A stretch of DNA of 54,832 bases from an uncultured Desulfobacterales bacterium (GCA_964591925.1 CAZQCK010000003.1:2936-57767), one strand, 5' to 3'. Counted from the stretch's first letter, positions 11,502 through 23,317 are shown. Numbers and translations are program-made. Notes: generated by a model not told the origin, from the sequence alone.

Positions 11502-13382
11502 TCACGGACGTGCCTCCTCCGAGTGCTCCGCCATGGTGCCGATGGATTCGTGATCCACCGGCTCCTTTTGGAGATAATACTCGAGCAGGCGCCCGGCGAT
11601 AGGGGCCGCCACGCTTCCTCCGTGGCCGGAATTCTCCACGAGCACGGCAATGGTTAGCCTTGGGTTCTCCGCAGGGGCGACGGCCACGAACCAGGCATGA
11701 TCCCGGTATCTCACAGGAACGTCCTTGCCCTTGGACGCGGCTTTCTCCGCTTCCAGGTTGACGACCTGCGCAGTCCCGGTCTTCCCGGCTACCGTCACCT
11801 CCTTCATTTTCGCACGCCGGCCGGTGCCATGCGGTTCATTCACCGCGCCGATCAAGGCCCTCTGAATCAGCCGAAGGTTCTCAGGGGCCGCATCCACACG
11901 GGAGAGCACTGTAGGTTCGAACCGGTATTCGGTCCTCTCCCCTTTCCCCACCCATCGCACGACCTTGGGCTGATGCAGAACCCCTCCGTTGAACACTGCG
12001 CCTATCATCCGTGCCGCCTGGATCGGGGTCACAAGCACGAAGCTCTGACCTATGGAAGTGGAAATGGTCTCCCCTGTCTGCCAGGGGACACCGAACCGCT
12101 TCAGCTTCCATTGGCTCGTGGGAATCAGACCGGGACGTTCACTTCCGAGATTCAGGCCGGTCCGCTTGCCCAGCCCCAGCATCCCGGCGTACTTTGCGAT
12201 CCGGTCGACTCCGAGTCGCCGCCCGAGCTTGTAAAAGTAAACATCACAGGATTCCCGCAGGGCGCGGTGGAAATCCACTGTTCCGTGACCGTAACGTTTC
12301 CAACAGCGAAAGGAGTGTGAGCCGAGCTGATACACCCCTCGGCAAAACACCTCGTCCTCGGGCCCCACGATTCCTTCTTCGAGGCCGCCCAGGGCCGTTA
12401 CGATCTTGAAAATGGAACCCGGAGGGTACTGCCCCGCAATTACACGGTTCTGCAAGGGATAATCGCCGCCCGAGATCATCTGTCTCCAGGCCTCGCGGTC
12501 CATACGGCCGATAAAGGTATTCGGGTCGAAAGCCGGAGCGCTGGCCATGGCCAGCATTTCCCCGTTTCTTGGATTCATGGCCACAATGGCCCCTTTTCGC
12601 CCCTCCAAGGCCTCTTCCGCCAATGCCTGGAGGTCTTTGTCCAGGGTGAGGAAGACATTTAACCCGGACACGGGGGGCTTTCGAGAAAGCACCTTCAACC
12701 GGCGACCTGCGGCATCCACCTCAACCTGCTCTCCCCCTCGAGCCCCATGAAGGGATTTCTGCCGTTCGGCCTCCACGCCTGATTTCCCGATCAGATCTCC
12801 GGACCGGTTCTCCGGGTAGCGTCCGCTCTTCAACTGGTCCTCGCTGATCTCTCCGAGATAGCCGATCACATGGGCGGCCAGCTTTCCTCGAACATAGTGC
12901 CTCTGCGGCCTCACTTGAATCATGGCCCCCGGAAGATTGAACCGATGGCTCTCCACAACGGCCAAGGTTTCCCTGGAGAGGTCCCGCTTGACCAGCAGGG
13001 GTCGAAACGGTTGTCGCGGACCGGACTTGTGCAATCTCGATTGAACCGCCTCGCGATCAATGCCCACCAGTTCGTCCAGTCGCTCGAACAGCGGGTCCGG
13101 ATCTCCGACTTCCTCTGGAATTATGTAGAGGTTGTATGAGGGACGATTGTCCACCAGCAGGTGGCCGTTGCGGTCAAAAATCATTCCGCGAAACGACGGA
13201 ATGTCCTGCAGATGGATCCGATTGTTCTCAGACTTGATACGGTAATCCGGACCATGGACCACTTGCAGGAGCCAGAGCCTGAGTACAAGCAGGGCAAAGA
13301 CCAGAAACACCACATAGAGAACCCGACGAAGCCGGGTCTGAATCAGCTCACTCGTGATGGGATCGAAACCTGAGCTTCTCAA
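11502..13382 (-). CDS. mrdA: Penicillin-binding protein 2
   Basis: SxxK (GSIFK), SCD, KTG motifs; RGMIFDRNG. Start codon uncertain (TTG at 13382). Confidence 0.95.
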   Translation of the reverse strand: MRSSGFDPITSELIQTRLRRVLYVVFLVFALLVLRLWLLQVVHGPDYRIKSENNRIHLQDIPSFRGMIFDRNGHLLVDNRPSYNLYIIPEEVGDPDPLFERLDELVGIDREAVQSRLHKSGPRQPFRPLLVKRDLSRETLAVVESHRFNLPGAMIQVRPQRHYVRGKLAAHVIGYLGEISEDQLKSGRYPENRSGDLIGKSGVEAERQKSLHGARGGEQVEVDAAGRRLKVLSRKPPVSGLNVFLTLDKDLQALAEEALEGRKGAIVAMNPRNGEMLAMASAPAFDPNTFIGRMDREAWRQMISGGDYPLQNRVIAGQYPPGSIFKIVTALGGLEEGIVGPEDEVFCRGVYQLGSHSFRCWKRYGHGTVDFHRALRESCDVYFYKLGRRLGVDRIAKYAGMLGLGKRTGLNLGSERPGLIPTSQWKLKRFGVPWQTGETISTSIGQSFVLVTPIQAARMIGAVFNGGVLHQPKVVRWVGKGERTEYRFEPTVLSRVDAAPENLRLIQRALIGAVNEPHGTGRRAKMKEVTVAGKTGTAQVVNLEAEKAASKGKDVPVRYRDHAWFVAVAPAENPRLTIAVLVENSGHGGSVAAPIAGRLLEYYLQKEPVDHESIGTMAEHSEEARP

Positions 13383-13830
13383 CGGAGCGTTCGCTCCTTC
13401 CCTTCGAATAAATACGCTGAAAAACGCTCGAAGCCGCGTCATAGGCAAGGGACACTGCCGGCGACGCCACCGCCGTAAAGACGGCCGAGCAGACAAACGC
13501 AAAGAGGACCTGACCATCCATGGCGGTACGGAAGGAGAACAGGTTCAACAATCCGATGAACAAAAGCTTTTTCAGAAACACGGACAGGGAAACGACAATA
13601 AGTTGCCCCCTGACGGACTGCAGGTCGAACAATGCGTCCCCGATGCGAATTGCAAAAAACAAAAGCAGATAGATCACCGAAAAGAGCCCCAAGGGCGCAG
13701 CTGAAAGGATGTCTATCAAAAAACCCATCCCCATGGCGAACATCCCGGCCCACGGGTCTCCACGCCGGGCCACCAGGTACATCAAGGTGATGGCCACCAG
13801 ATCCACGTCAAAGTAGCCGGGCACCATCAT
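13348..13830 (-). CDS. mreD: Rod shape-determining protein MreD
   Basis: Hydrophobic protein with GFLIDILSAAPLG, between mreC and mrdA. An extra in-frame hydrophobic stretch runs up to ~13896 without a canonical start. Confidence 0.85.
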   Translation of the reverse strand: MMVPGYFDVDLVAITLMYLVARRGDPWAGMFAMGMGFLIDILSAAPLGLFSVIYLLLFFAIRIGDALFDLQSVRGQLIVVSLSVFLKKLLFIGLLNLFSFRTAMDGQVLFAFVCSAVFTAVASPAVSLAYDAASSVFQRIYSKGRSERSVEKLRFRSHHE

Positions 13831-13895
13831 GGCCCCCAGCCCGCCCTTTACGAGAACAAACAGCAGGCAGACCAGCCATAGGACCGAATAAAGCC

Positions 13896-14741
13896 CTACC
13901 CCTCTTGTCGGCTCCGGTTTGCGGATGTGTCCTCCTTCATGATCACCAGCACTTCTTCTAGACGACCGAAATCCACCAGGGGGCTGACTTGGACATCCTT
14001 GAACAGGGCGCCGGGCCGGTCCGAGACGCTGACCACCCGACCCACGGGTAGCCCTTTGGGAAAGATGCGACCCATTCCGGACGTGATGATCAGGTCCCCC
14101 CGGCCCATTCGGCTGGTCTTGAGGACATAGTCGAGCTCACAGATCTTGTCCGAGAAACCCCTGAGGACGCCCTGATCCCGCGTGACCTGATCGAGACAGT
14201 CGACGGCGCTGTTCTGGTCGATCACCAGCAGCACCTTGGCATAATTCGAACTGACCGAGACCACACGGCCCACCACGCCTTCCGCACTGACCACAGGCAT
14301 GTTGATCCCCAGCCCCGACCTCTTCCCCTTGTCGAGGATCACGGATTTGAACCACCCGGTAGGATCGCGGCCTATGACCTGCGCGGCCATCATAGGCCAA
14401 TCCGTCCTTTCCTTGAATTGGAGAAGCGCCTGAAGACGCTGATGCGTTGCCAGCCTCTCTCGATACCCGGCGTTCCGCGCCTTCAGGGTTTGGACCTCTC
14501 GGCGAAGCTTACGGTTCTCCTCGTACACACGGATCAAGCCGAAATACTTTTCCCAGATCCCTTCAACGCCGCGCACGGTCTTGGTCAGGACGTTTTGAAA
14601 CGGGGCGATGATCTCCACCACCACCTGCTCGATCGGGCTCCAAGATCGAGACCGCTTCATGTGAGAGGAAAGCAGGAAAAGTGCAAGAAGGGCAAAGAGG
14701 ATCCATATCCAAATGATTCTGATCCGTCGAAAGCTCACCAA
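13896..14741 (-). CDS. mreC: Rod shape-determining protein MreC
   Basis: TM helix, coiled coil, TSGMGRIFPKGLPVG, VDFGRLEEVLV. Confidence 0.96.
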   Translation of the reverse strand: MVSFRRIRIIWIWILFALLALFLLSSHMKRSRSWSPIEQVVVEIIAPFQNVLTKTVRGVEGIWEKYFGLIRVYEENRKLRREVQTLKARNAGYRERLATHQRLQALLQFKERTDWPMMAAQVIGRDPTGWFKSVILDKGKRSGLGINMPVVSAEGVVGRVVSVSSNYAKVLLVIDQNSAVDCLDQVTRDQGVLRGFSDKICELDYVLKTSRMGRGDLIITSGMGRIFPKGLPVGRVVSVSDRPGALFKDVQVSPLVDFGRLEEVLVIMKEDTSANRSRQEG

Positions 14742-14887
14742 GGGGAATCGTCTTTCTGCCGCACAACGGTGTTATGGGGTTGGTACGTTCGATTCGTCCG
14801 GCGCGGGCGGGTACCGCCCCACCCACAGGCAACCCACGATTGAAGACACCAAGGGTGGATCGGTCGAGCTCGCAGCCCAGGCGGGCA

Positions 14888-15934
<1,047 letters not shown>

Positions 15935-16114
15935 TCATGGTACCCGCCGCATTCCTGCGGGCGTCGGGTGCCGGTCCTGTTTTCCCTGCCCCTGAAGTCC
16001 CACCGCCGATGATCATTTCTCTTCTTGACAAGGCCGAAAATTATGGTTTAAATAGAAGTTTGTTCTTAAGCAATCCGAACCAACAACCTTAGCGCAAATC
16101 GGAATCAGTGAGCC

Positions 16115-16249
16115 ATGAAACGAACGTATCAACCCAGCAAGATCAAGCGAGCCCGCACACACGGTTTCAGGGCCAGAATGCGGACCAACGGCGGAACCCG
16201 GGTGATTCGACGACGACGCGCCAAAGGGCGCAAACGGTTGTCCGTGTAA
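16115..16249 (+). CDS. rpmH: 50S ribosomal protein L34
   Basis: Below the ORF-track cutoff; reads [44 protein letters not shown]. Confidence 0.98.
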   Translation: MKRTYQPSKIKRARTHGFRARMRTNGGTRVIRRRRAKGRKRLSV

Positions 16250-16295
16250 TGTCCGCCACACGGCAAAGTTCCCATTGAAAAGTGTTTCATTCCGG

Positions 16296-16676
16296 ATGGG
16301 CTCCTTTTCGTTTCCAAAAACGCGAAGAATACTGAAGCGAAAGGATTTTGTCAATCTAAATCGCTCCGGCAAGAAGGTCCACACCGAACATTTTTTGGTG
16401 ATGGTGGGGCGGAGTGGGACAGGCACGAGCAGGCTGGGGATCACGGCGAGCAAACGAACCGGAAACGCCGTCCGGAGGAATCGAATAAAACGGCTTGTCC
16501 GGGAATTCTTCCGACTGAACAAGAGCCGCCTCCCACAAGGTGTCGATCTGGTCATAGCAGCCAGAAAGGGGGCTGCGGACCTCGACTCCCTGAACGTATA
16601 CGAGGAACTGGGTGCAATCCTTTTTGATAAAGCGTGCCGTCATGGGGCTGCGCATCATCCCCATCGCTCTGATTGA
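16296..16676 (+). CDS. rnpA: RNase P protein component
   Basis: [28 protein letters not shown] (RNR motif). Confidence 0.96.
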   Translation: MGSFSFPKTRRILKRKDFVNLNRSGKKVHTEHFLVMVGRSGTGTSRLGITASKRTGNAVRRNRIKRLVREFFRLNKSRLPQGVDLVIAARKGAADLDSLNVYEELGAILFDKACRHGAAHHPHRSD

Positions 16677-16857
16677 CCTGTATCGAGTCGGGATTTCTCC
16701 GTTCTTCGGTTCAGCCTGCCGATTTCACCCCACATGTTCCGCTTATGCCCGCCTTGCCATTTCCGAGTACGGCGTGATCCGGGGGAGCCTGAAGGCGCTC
16801 GTGAGGATCTCCAAGTGCCACCCGTTCCACCCCGGCGGCTATGACCCCGTGGACTGA
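16642..16857 (+). CDS. yidD: Membrane protein insertion efficiency factor YidD
   Basis: [11 protein letters not shown]...[13 protein letters not shown]. Confidence 0.95.
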   Translation: MGLRIIPIALIDLYRVGISPFFGSACRFHPTCSAYARLAISEYGVIRGSLKALVRISKCHPFHPGGYDPVD

Positions 16858-16939
16858 TCCGGGTCCATGAAAACCATGATGTTCGGCACTGAAGCGCCTT
16901 CGGGCCCCATGGAATTATACAAAGCCCTCGAGTGACTGC

Positions 16940-18610
16940 ATGGAAAAACGTACTTTGGTTGCGTTCGCGCTCTCCTTTCTCGTTCTGATTCTCTGGTCGA
17001 CGCTATACGCCCCCCAGGGAAACCGTCCCCCCTCCCCGGACGGCCGGTCTTCCGACACGGAAACACGTCAGCCCTCTGTACAGCCGGCCCCAACCCGGAC
17101 GGAAACGCAACCCTCTGTTGCTTCTCCACCTGGAACCGCCGCCCCTCAGCCTTCTACCGAGCCCGTCGACGAGCAGGACATTCGTGTGGAGACCCCGCTG
17201 TACTCAGCAACCTGGAGCAACGTAGGGGGGGAACTCAAGCGCTTTCAGCTCAGGCAGTACCGCGAAACCGCCGAACCCGATTCTCCCATGATCGACCTGG
17301 TCAATCCGGACGACCCCGGGAACGGCCTTTTGGCCTTCCACTTCGCCCGTGAAAGCACCGAGACCACTCGACCTATTGTGTACGAATTCAGCGATGCCGG
17401 GCTCAAGGTGACACCGGAATCCGGGCCTCGCACCCTCGTCATGACCGGATCCAGCCCCACAGGCGTCACCCTGGAGCACACATACCGTTTCCATCCGGAT
17501 CACTACCGCATCGATGTGGAGACCCGCATTGTGAATCGCGGGGACCTTCCCGTCGAAGGCGCCGTATCGGCCAGGCTGAGAAACCTCCCGCCTCAAGACA
17601 AGAAAAGTTATTACGGATTTGTCGGGCTGGCTTTACTCCTGAACGATGAGCTGGAGGAAATCAAGCCCAAAAAAATGAAGGACGAGGAAAAGCGGTTTTC
17701 GGGGAACATACAATGGGTGGCTTATGAAGACGACTACTTCATGGCATCGGTACTCCCTTCAACCCCGAACCAGGGACGCTTTCGAGGCAAGCTCCTACCC
17801 TCCGGGGTCCTCGAGGCCCGCTATCTGGAACCCGCTGTAACCATCGGCCGGCAGGAACAGGTCTCGGTCGACTTCTCCCTTTATCTGGGGCCTCGTGATC
17901 TCGAATTCCTGAACGCCGCGGGAAACGACCTGGAGAAGGCCTTAGATTTCGGGTGGACGGACATCATTGCCAAACCTCTCCTGCATGCGCTTCGATTCTT
18001 CAACGGCTATGTGCACAACTACGGTTTTTCCATCATCATCCTCACGGTGCTCATCAAAATTCTGTTCTGGCCACTGACGCATAAAAGCTACAAGTCCATG
18101 AAGGAAATGCAAAAAATTCAGCCTCTCATGGCCAAGCTGCGGGAAAAGCACAAGGGCAACAAGGAACAGATGAATCGGGAATTGATGCAGCTCTATAAAA
18201 CATACAAGGTCAACCCCATGGGAGGTTGCCTTCCCATGTTGATTCAAATACCTGTTTTTCTAGCTCTTTTCAGAATTTTAAGCAGTTCCATCGAGCTGCG
18301 TCATGCACCCTTTATTTTTTGGATCAATGATCTGTCCACGCCTGACCGGCTGTTTACATTTCCGTTCCAGATTCCGTTCATGGCCCCGCCCTCCGGCATA
18401 CCTGTGCTCACCCTCCTGATGGGGGCCTCGATGTTCCTTCAGCAGAAGATGAGTCCTGCGCCCGGCGATCCGACTCAGGCCAAGGTGATGATGTTTCTTC
18501 CTTTGATTTTCACCTTTGTTTTTATCAATTTTCCTTCCGGGCTGGTGCTCTACTGGCTGACAAACAATATTCTCTCCATTGGTCAGCAGTATCGAATCCT
18601 CAAAAAGTAA
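16940..18610 (+). CDS. yidC: Membrane protein insertase YidC
   Basis: NYGFSIIILT, NPMGGCLPMLIQIPVF, FPSGLVLYW. Confidence 0.98.
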   Translation: MEKRTLVAFALSFLVLILWSTLYAPQGNRPPSPDGRSSDTETRQPSVQPAPTRTETQPSVASPPGTAAPQPSTEPVDEQDIRVETPLYSATWSNVGGELKRFQLRQYRETAEPDSPMIDLVNPDDPGNGLLAFHFARESTETTRPIVYEFSDAGLKVTPESGPRTLVMTGSSPTGVTLEHTYRFHPDHYRIDVETRIVNRGDLPVEGAVSARLRNLPPQDKKSYYGFVGLALLLNDELEEIKPKKMKDEEKRFSGNIQWVAYEDDYFMASVLPSTPNQGRFRGKLLPSGVLEARYLEPAVTIGRQEQVSVDFSLYLGPRDLEFLNAAGNDLEKALDFGWTDIIAKPLLHALRFFNGYVHNYGFSIIILTVLIKILFWPLTHKSYKSMKEMQKIQPLMAKLREKHKGNKEQMNRELMQLYKTYKVNPMGGCLPMLIQIPVFLALFRILSSSIELRHAPFIFWINDLSTPDRLFTFPFQIPFMAPPSGIPVLTLLMGASMFLQQKMSPAPGDPTQAKVMMFLPLIFTFVFINFPSGLVLYWLTNNILSIGQQYRILKK

Positions 18611-18637
18611 GCATAAGAATAGGATCGGAGGACATAT

Positions 18638-19414
18638 ATGGAAACCATGGAATTTGAAGGCAAAACCACAGAGGAGGCCATTGAAAACGCCTCCAGGCAT
18701 TTGAACCTTCCTGTCGAAGATTTGGATATCGATATTATCGAACCTGGTTCCGCTGGTATTTTTGGATTGGTAGGAACAAAAAAGGCAAAAATAAAGGTCA
18801 GCTATTCCCCTCAGGACGATCAGGAAGAAGAGGATGAATTCTTGGAGGAGCCGGGTTCCCTCGCCGGGACCCCGGCCACTGCGGAAAAGCACCTGGAGGA
18901 GAAAACAGAGGAAACCGCACCTCCGGAGCCCCCTAGCGAACCCACACTCGACACCCCGGAGCAGGAAGAAGAGCTGCGTATCGCCAAGGAGGTTCTGGAA
19001 AACATTCTCGACCTGATTCCCATGGACACCACGGTGTCTGCGCAGCGGTCGGACGGCAACGTCAGCCTGAATATCGAAGGGGACAACTCCGGTCTCCTGA
19101 TCGGCCGCCGAGGCAAGACGCTCGATGCGATTCAATTCATTGTGAACAAGATCGTCAACAAGAGCCTGGAACGCAAGGTCCGGGTGGTCGTAGACTCCGA
19201 GCGCTACCGCGAGCGCCGCAGGGAATCCCTTGAACAACTGGCCCTGCGTATGGGAGAAAAGGCCAAGCGAATTCAAAAGCCGCTCACAACGAACCCCATG
19301 AACCCCGGTGACCGCCGCATAGTCCACCTGGCCCTCAGGAACGACGAACAGATCGACACCCGAAGCCGGGGCGAAGGCCTGATGAAAAAAGTGGTGATAA
19401 TTCCGCGAAAGTGA
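18638..19414 (+). CDS. jag: Jag/KhpB (EloR) RNA-binding protein
   Basis: Jag_N (EGKTTEEAIE), KH (LIGRRGKTLDAIQ), R3H (RRIVH). Confidence 0.95.
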   Translation: METMEFEGKTTEEAIENASRHLNLPVEDLDIDIIEPGSAGIFGLVGTKKAKIKVSYSPQDDQEEEDEFLEEPGSLAGTPATAEKHLEEKTEETAPPEPPSEPTLDTPEQEEELRIAKEVLENILDLIPMDTTVSAQRSDGNVSLNIEGDNSGLLIGRRGKTLDAIQFIVNKIVNKSLERKVRVVVDSERYRERRRESLEQLALRMGEKAKRIQKPLTTNPMNPGDRRIVHLALRNDEQIDTRSRGEGLMKKVVIIPRK

Positions 19415-19510
19415 CGCGGGGAACCCTTTTCTCCCGGCTTCCTGCTCCGGATGGAAACTCGCTCGCTGTCCCGAGCGCCGGGCAGCAGATCGGGACGCCC
19501 CGGGTCATGC

Positions 19511-20905
19511 ATGATGGATCCCTTTGCACCCACCGATACCATCGCCGCCCTGTCCACGCCCCCCGGCCAAGCAGGAATCGGTATCATCCGCATCAGCGGT
19601 CCGCTCGCTCTCGTCATCGCACAGCGCATTTTTCGTCCCCGTCATCCCATTTCCACCTGGCTGAGCCATAGGCTCTACCTGGGAAGCATCCTGGATCCAG
19701 TCACCGGCAACCTGGTGGACGAGGTCCTCGTCTCCACTATGCACGCCCCCCATTCCTACACCCGGGAGGACGTGGTGGAAATCAACGCTCACAGCGGCTA
19801 TGCCCTCATGGGACGAATCCTGGACATTGTTCTGGATTCGGGAGCCCGGCAGGCAAAACCTGGGGAGTTTACGTTCAGGGCCTTTGTGAACGGCCGGATC
19901 GACCTCACCCAGGCCGAGGCGATCATGGACCTCATTCAGGCAAGATCCGAACGAGGCGTCGAACTGGCCTCCCGACAGCTTCGTGGAAGCCTGAAGCGGC
20001 GGATCCACGAGGTTCGAGAGGCCTTGCTCACGATACTCGCCCACACAGAGGTGGCCATAGACTATCCCGAGGAAGGGTACGGCCTGGTTCCGGGTGAAGA
20101 GGCCTCCACCCGGGCGAGGGCCGAGATTCTGGACCCGCTGGAGGAGATCTGCGCGGATCACGGGAGAAACCGCATCTGGGTGGAAGGGGGCCGGGCCGCG
20201 ATCGTGGGGCGGGTCAACGTGGGCAAATCAAGCATACTGAACCGCCTCGTTGGAAACGACCGGGCGATCGTCACCCCCGAACCGGGAACCACACGCGACG
20301 TCATCGAGGAGACCATCCACATCGAAGGGCTTCCGGTTCGCCTTCTGGATACGGCCGGCTACCGGACCCCTACAAGCCGGGCGGAACGTATAGGGATAGG
20401 CCTCATGGAGCAATGCATCGACGACGCTGATCTCGCGTTGTGGGTAGTGGACCGGAACAGCACCCTGGAGCACGAGGACCGTCGAATCCTGGAGCGATGC
20501 AAAGGAAAACCCACCCTGGCAGTGGTGAACAAGGTCGATCTTCCACCCCGATTACATGATTCCGAGATCAAGGAGGCGTGCGGCGAGCTTCCCGTTCTCC
20601 GCGTTTCCGCACACTCCGGAGAGGGCGTGAACGGTCTCCTTCAAGCCATTCGAAACTCGCTCCTGGCGGAAGGCGGCGGGGCGGAGGAGACGGTCTTCGC
20701 ACCCAACGCCCGCCAGAACAGGGTGTTGAAGGAGGCCTGCAGCCACATGCGTCGAGCCGTGGAAAATCTGCACCAAGAGGCGCCGCTGGAGATCGTGGCG
20801 ATGGATCTCCAGGGCGCACGTTCGGCTCTGGACGAAGTCAGCGGGGTGCACGCACCCGAAGACGTCCTGGAAAGGATTTTCAGTGAATTCTGCCTGGGCA
20901 AATGA
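19511..20905 (+). CDS. mnmE: tRNA modification GTPase MnmE
   Basis: DTIAALSTP, GRVNVGKSS, PGTTRD, DTAG, C-terminal FCLGK. Confidence 0.97.
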   Translation: MMDPFAPTDTIAALSTPPGQAGIGIIRISGPLALVIAQRIFRPRHPISTWLSHRLYLGSILDPVTGNLVDEVLVSTMHAPHSYTREDVVEINAHSGYALMGRILDIVLDSGARQAKPGEFTFRAFVNGRIDLTQAEAIMDLIQARSERGVELASRQLRGSLKRRIHEVREALLTILAHTEVAIDYPEEGYGLVPGEEASTRARAEILDPLEEICADHGRNRIWVEGGRAAIVGRVNVGKSSILNRLVGNDRAIVTPEPGTTRDVIEETIHIEGLPVRLLDTAGYRTPTSRAERIGIGLMEQCIDDADLALWVVDRNSTLEHEDRRILERCKGKPTLAVVNKVDLPPRLHDSEIKEACGELPVLRVSAHSGEGVNGLLQAIRNSLLAEGGGAEETVFAPNARQNRVLKEACSHMRRAVENLHQEAPLEIVAMDLQGARSALDEVSGVHAPEDVLERIFSEFCLGK

Positions 20906-20937
20906 GTAAACCGGAATCGGTGTGTGCGGTTCCCGAA

Positions 20938-22224
20938 TCATTCGGTGTCGAAATACTCGCGCACCTGCTTGATGGCGCAGAACTTTCCGCACATGGTGCA
21001 CACATCGTCCTCGCCGGGGAGATTCGCTTCCCTGATCCGCCGCGCCTTGACCGGGTCGATGGCCAGGGACATCTGTGCGTCCCAGTCGAGACGTTTCCGC
21101 GCCTCGCTCATCTTTCGGTCCCGCTCCATGGCCCCCTGGTGACCGCGTGCAATGTCCGCCGCATGAGCGGCGATCTTGGTCACCACGACTCCTTCCCGAA
21201 CCTCCTCCGGACCCGGAAGGCACAAGTGTTCCGACGGCGTCACGTAGCAAAGAAAATCGGCCCCGGCCTCCCCGGCCACGGCCCCGCCGACGGCACAAGC
21301 CACATGGTCGTATCCCGCGGCCACGTCCGTGACCAACGGGCCGAGCACATAAAAGGGGGCACCCCTGCACAGCTGCTTCTGAAGCAATACGTTGGCCCGG
21401 ATCTGGTTCAAGGGGACATGGCCGGGGCCTTCGATCATGACCTGGACGTCCCGGGCCCAGGCGCGGTCCGTCAGCTCCCCCAGGGTCATGAGCTCATGGA
21501 TCTGCGCCCGATCGGTCGCGTCCGCAAGACACCCCGGCCTCAATCCGTCCCCCAGGCTCAAGGTCACATCGTAGGCGCGGGCGATGTCCAGCAACCGGTC
21601 GTACTGCTCATAGAGCGGATTCTCTTTTTCGTGATGCAGCATCCAGGTGGTCAAAAAGGCGCCCCCACGGCTGACAATGTCCGTAACGCGACCCTGTGAT
21701 CGAAGGGCTTCCAGGGCTGCCATGGTCAGGCCGCAATGAACCGTGATAAAGTCCACGCCGTCCGCCGCCTGCCGCTCGATCACATCGAACAGCCGATCCG
21801 CCGTCAGATGTACCAGCCCGCCCTCTTCATTCACCACTTCCACAACCGCCTGATACACCGGGACGGTCCCCACCGGGACGGGACAGTGCTCCAGCACATT
21901 CCTCCTGCATTGGTCGATATCCCCCCCGGTGGAAAGATCCATCACGGCATCCGTGCCCGCCTCCAGCGCGGCCTGCAACTTGGCCCTCTCCTCCTGGAGA
22001 GAGGCCTTGTCTGAAGAGGTGCCGATATTTGCATTCACCTTGATGGTCAACCCCGCACCAATGCCGCAGGGTTCGAGTCCCTCGTGCAAGGGATTGGCAG
22101 GAATGGCGACGCGACCCGCAGCGACCTGCCGTCTGAGCCACTCGACCTCAACCTGCTCCACCAATGCAACATGATCCACGGCGTCGGTCGTGAATCCATC
22201 TCTTGCCTTAGATATCTGCGTCAT
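20938..22224 (-). CDS. thiC: Phosphomethylpyrimidine synthase ThiC (short form)
   Basis: KVNANIGTS, SLGDGLRPG, EGPGH, CTMCGKFC. Adjacency to thiD favours ThiC over the Bza paralogues. Confidence 0.9.
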   Translation of the reverse strand: MTQISKARDGFTTDAVDHVALVEQVEVEWLRRQVAAGRVAIPANPLHEGLEPCGIGAGLTIKVNANIGTSSDKASLQEERAKLQAALEAGTDAVMDLSTGGDIDQCRRNVLEHCPVPVGTVPVYQAVVEVVNEEGGLVHLTADRLFDVIERQAADGVDFITVHCGLTMAALEALRSQGRVTDIVSRGGAFLTTWMLHHEKENPLYEQYDRLLDIARAYDVTLSLGDGLRPGCLADATDRAQIHELMTLGELTDRAWARDVQVMIEGPGHVPLNQIRANVLLQKQLCRGAPFYVLGPLVTDVAAGYDHVACAVGGAVAGEAGADFLCYVTPSEHLCLPGPEEVREGVVVTKIAAHAADIARGHQGAMERDRKMSEARKRLDWDAQMSLAIDPVKARRIREANLPGEDDVCTMCGKFCAIKQVREYFDTE

Positions 22225-22248
22225 GATTTCCGTTCCTCGGTCCTGTTA

Positions 22249-22427
22249 GGAGACCGGCAGAAATAAATTGGACAAATTTGCGCTCAGATTTGGGTCATAT
22301 TTGGATGCGGCGATTGAGCAAAACCGCAGGCGTAGCTGGACTACGTCGAGGATTTTGCGATTGAGCCGCAGCCGAAGATGGCCTGAAGATGAGATGCAAG
22401 ATGTTCAAGTTATTTTTGCCGGCCTCC
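22249..22427. mobile_element. MITE family B (179 bp, 18-bp TIRs, TTA target duplication)
   Basis: GGAGACCGGCAGAAATAA...TTATTTTTGCCGGCCTCC flanked by TTA at 22246-22248 and 22428-22430; central CGTAG-CTGGA-CTACG palindrome. Confidence 0.8.
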
Positions 22428-22446
22428 TTAATTCAGCAAGGTCTTC

Positions 22447-22471
22447 TCTTGGCGTCTTTGCGAGAGAATAC
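22447..22471 (-). repeat. Fragment of the MITE family A interior
   Basis: TCTTGGCGTCTTTGCGAGAGAATAC matches 40257-40281 and the reverse complement of ~10112-10134. Confidence 0.7.
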
Positions 22472-22504
22472 CGTGTTGTACGATTTGGTCATGGGTTATT
22501 TTCC

Positions 22505-23317
22505 TTATCGGGCCCCGGACCATCCCTCCGCTTTGTCGAATGCGCATTCACCCAAGGGATTGACCACGCCCGCACCCTCCCCGCAAATATACCCCCTCTT
22601 GAGGGCCTCCCGGGTCATCTCGCGAGCGCGGGCCGCCGCCTCACGAAAATCCGCGCCCAGGCCCAGGGATGTTGCCAAGGCGGAGGAGAACACGCAACCG
22701 CTTCCATGGGTGAAGGGGACATCAAGTCGGCTCCCGTGGAGTCGCGTCAGGCCTTGCGCATCGCACAGGACATCCACGCACGAACCGGGAAGATGTCCGC
22801 CCGTGACCACGACATCAGGCCCCAGATCTTGGAGGACACGGGCTGCCTCTTCCGCCTCCCGCAGGGTGGTAACGGGTCTCCCCGCCAGGGCGGAGGCCTC
22901 ATGGAGATTGGGCGTCATCACATCCACCTTTGGGACCAGCTCCTCCAGAAAAGATTCCAGGGCGTCAGGATCCAGCAACCAGCCTCCGGCCGAAGCCTGC
23001 ATGACGGGGTCCAACACCACATTCACCAAATGGTGACGCTCCAGGAGAGAGGAAACCTCCCGCACGGCGTCGAGCGTTTTCAGCATGCCGATCTTCACCG
23101 CTCCGGGAAATGCATCGGCCACCACGGCTTCCACTTGCCTGGAAATCCAGGGGCCGGGAATCGGAAAAACCGCGGACAATCCTTGGGAGCCCTGAGCGGT
23201 CACTGCAGTGACCGCGATCGAGGCATGGGCGCCCAAACGATGAATGGTCTTGATATCGGCCTGAATTCCCGCGCCTCCGCTGGAATCCGAACCGGCTATG
23301 GTCAGGACGGCGATCAT
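22505..23317 (-). CDS. thiD: Hydroxymethylpyrimidine/phosphomethylpyrimidine kinase
   Basis: LTIAGSDSSGGAGIQADIKT, KIGML, TPNLHEA, THGSGC. Confidence 0.96.
   Translation of the reverse strand: MIAVLTIAGSDSSGGAGIQADIKTIHRLGAHASIAVTAVTAQGSQGLSAVFPIPGPWISRQVEAVVADAFPGAVKIGMLKTLDAVREVSSLLERHHLVNVVLDPVMQASAGGWLLDPDALESFLEELVPKVDVMTPNLHEASALAGRPVTTLREAEEAARVLQDLGPDVVVTGGHLPGSCVDVLCDAQGLTRLHGSRLDVPFTHGSGCVFSSALATSLGLGADFREAAARAREMTREALKRGYICGEGAGVVNPLGECAFDKAEGWSGAR

Noticed and set aside
20938-22224. BzaF/BzaAB (benzimidazole synthase) instead of ThiC
   Set aside because: thiD is adjacent and no cobalamin genes or riboswitch are nearby; phylogeny would be needed to overturn the call.
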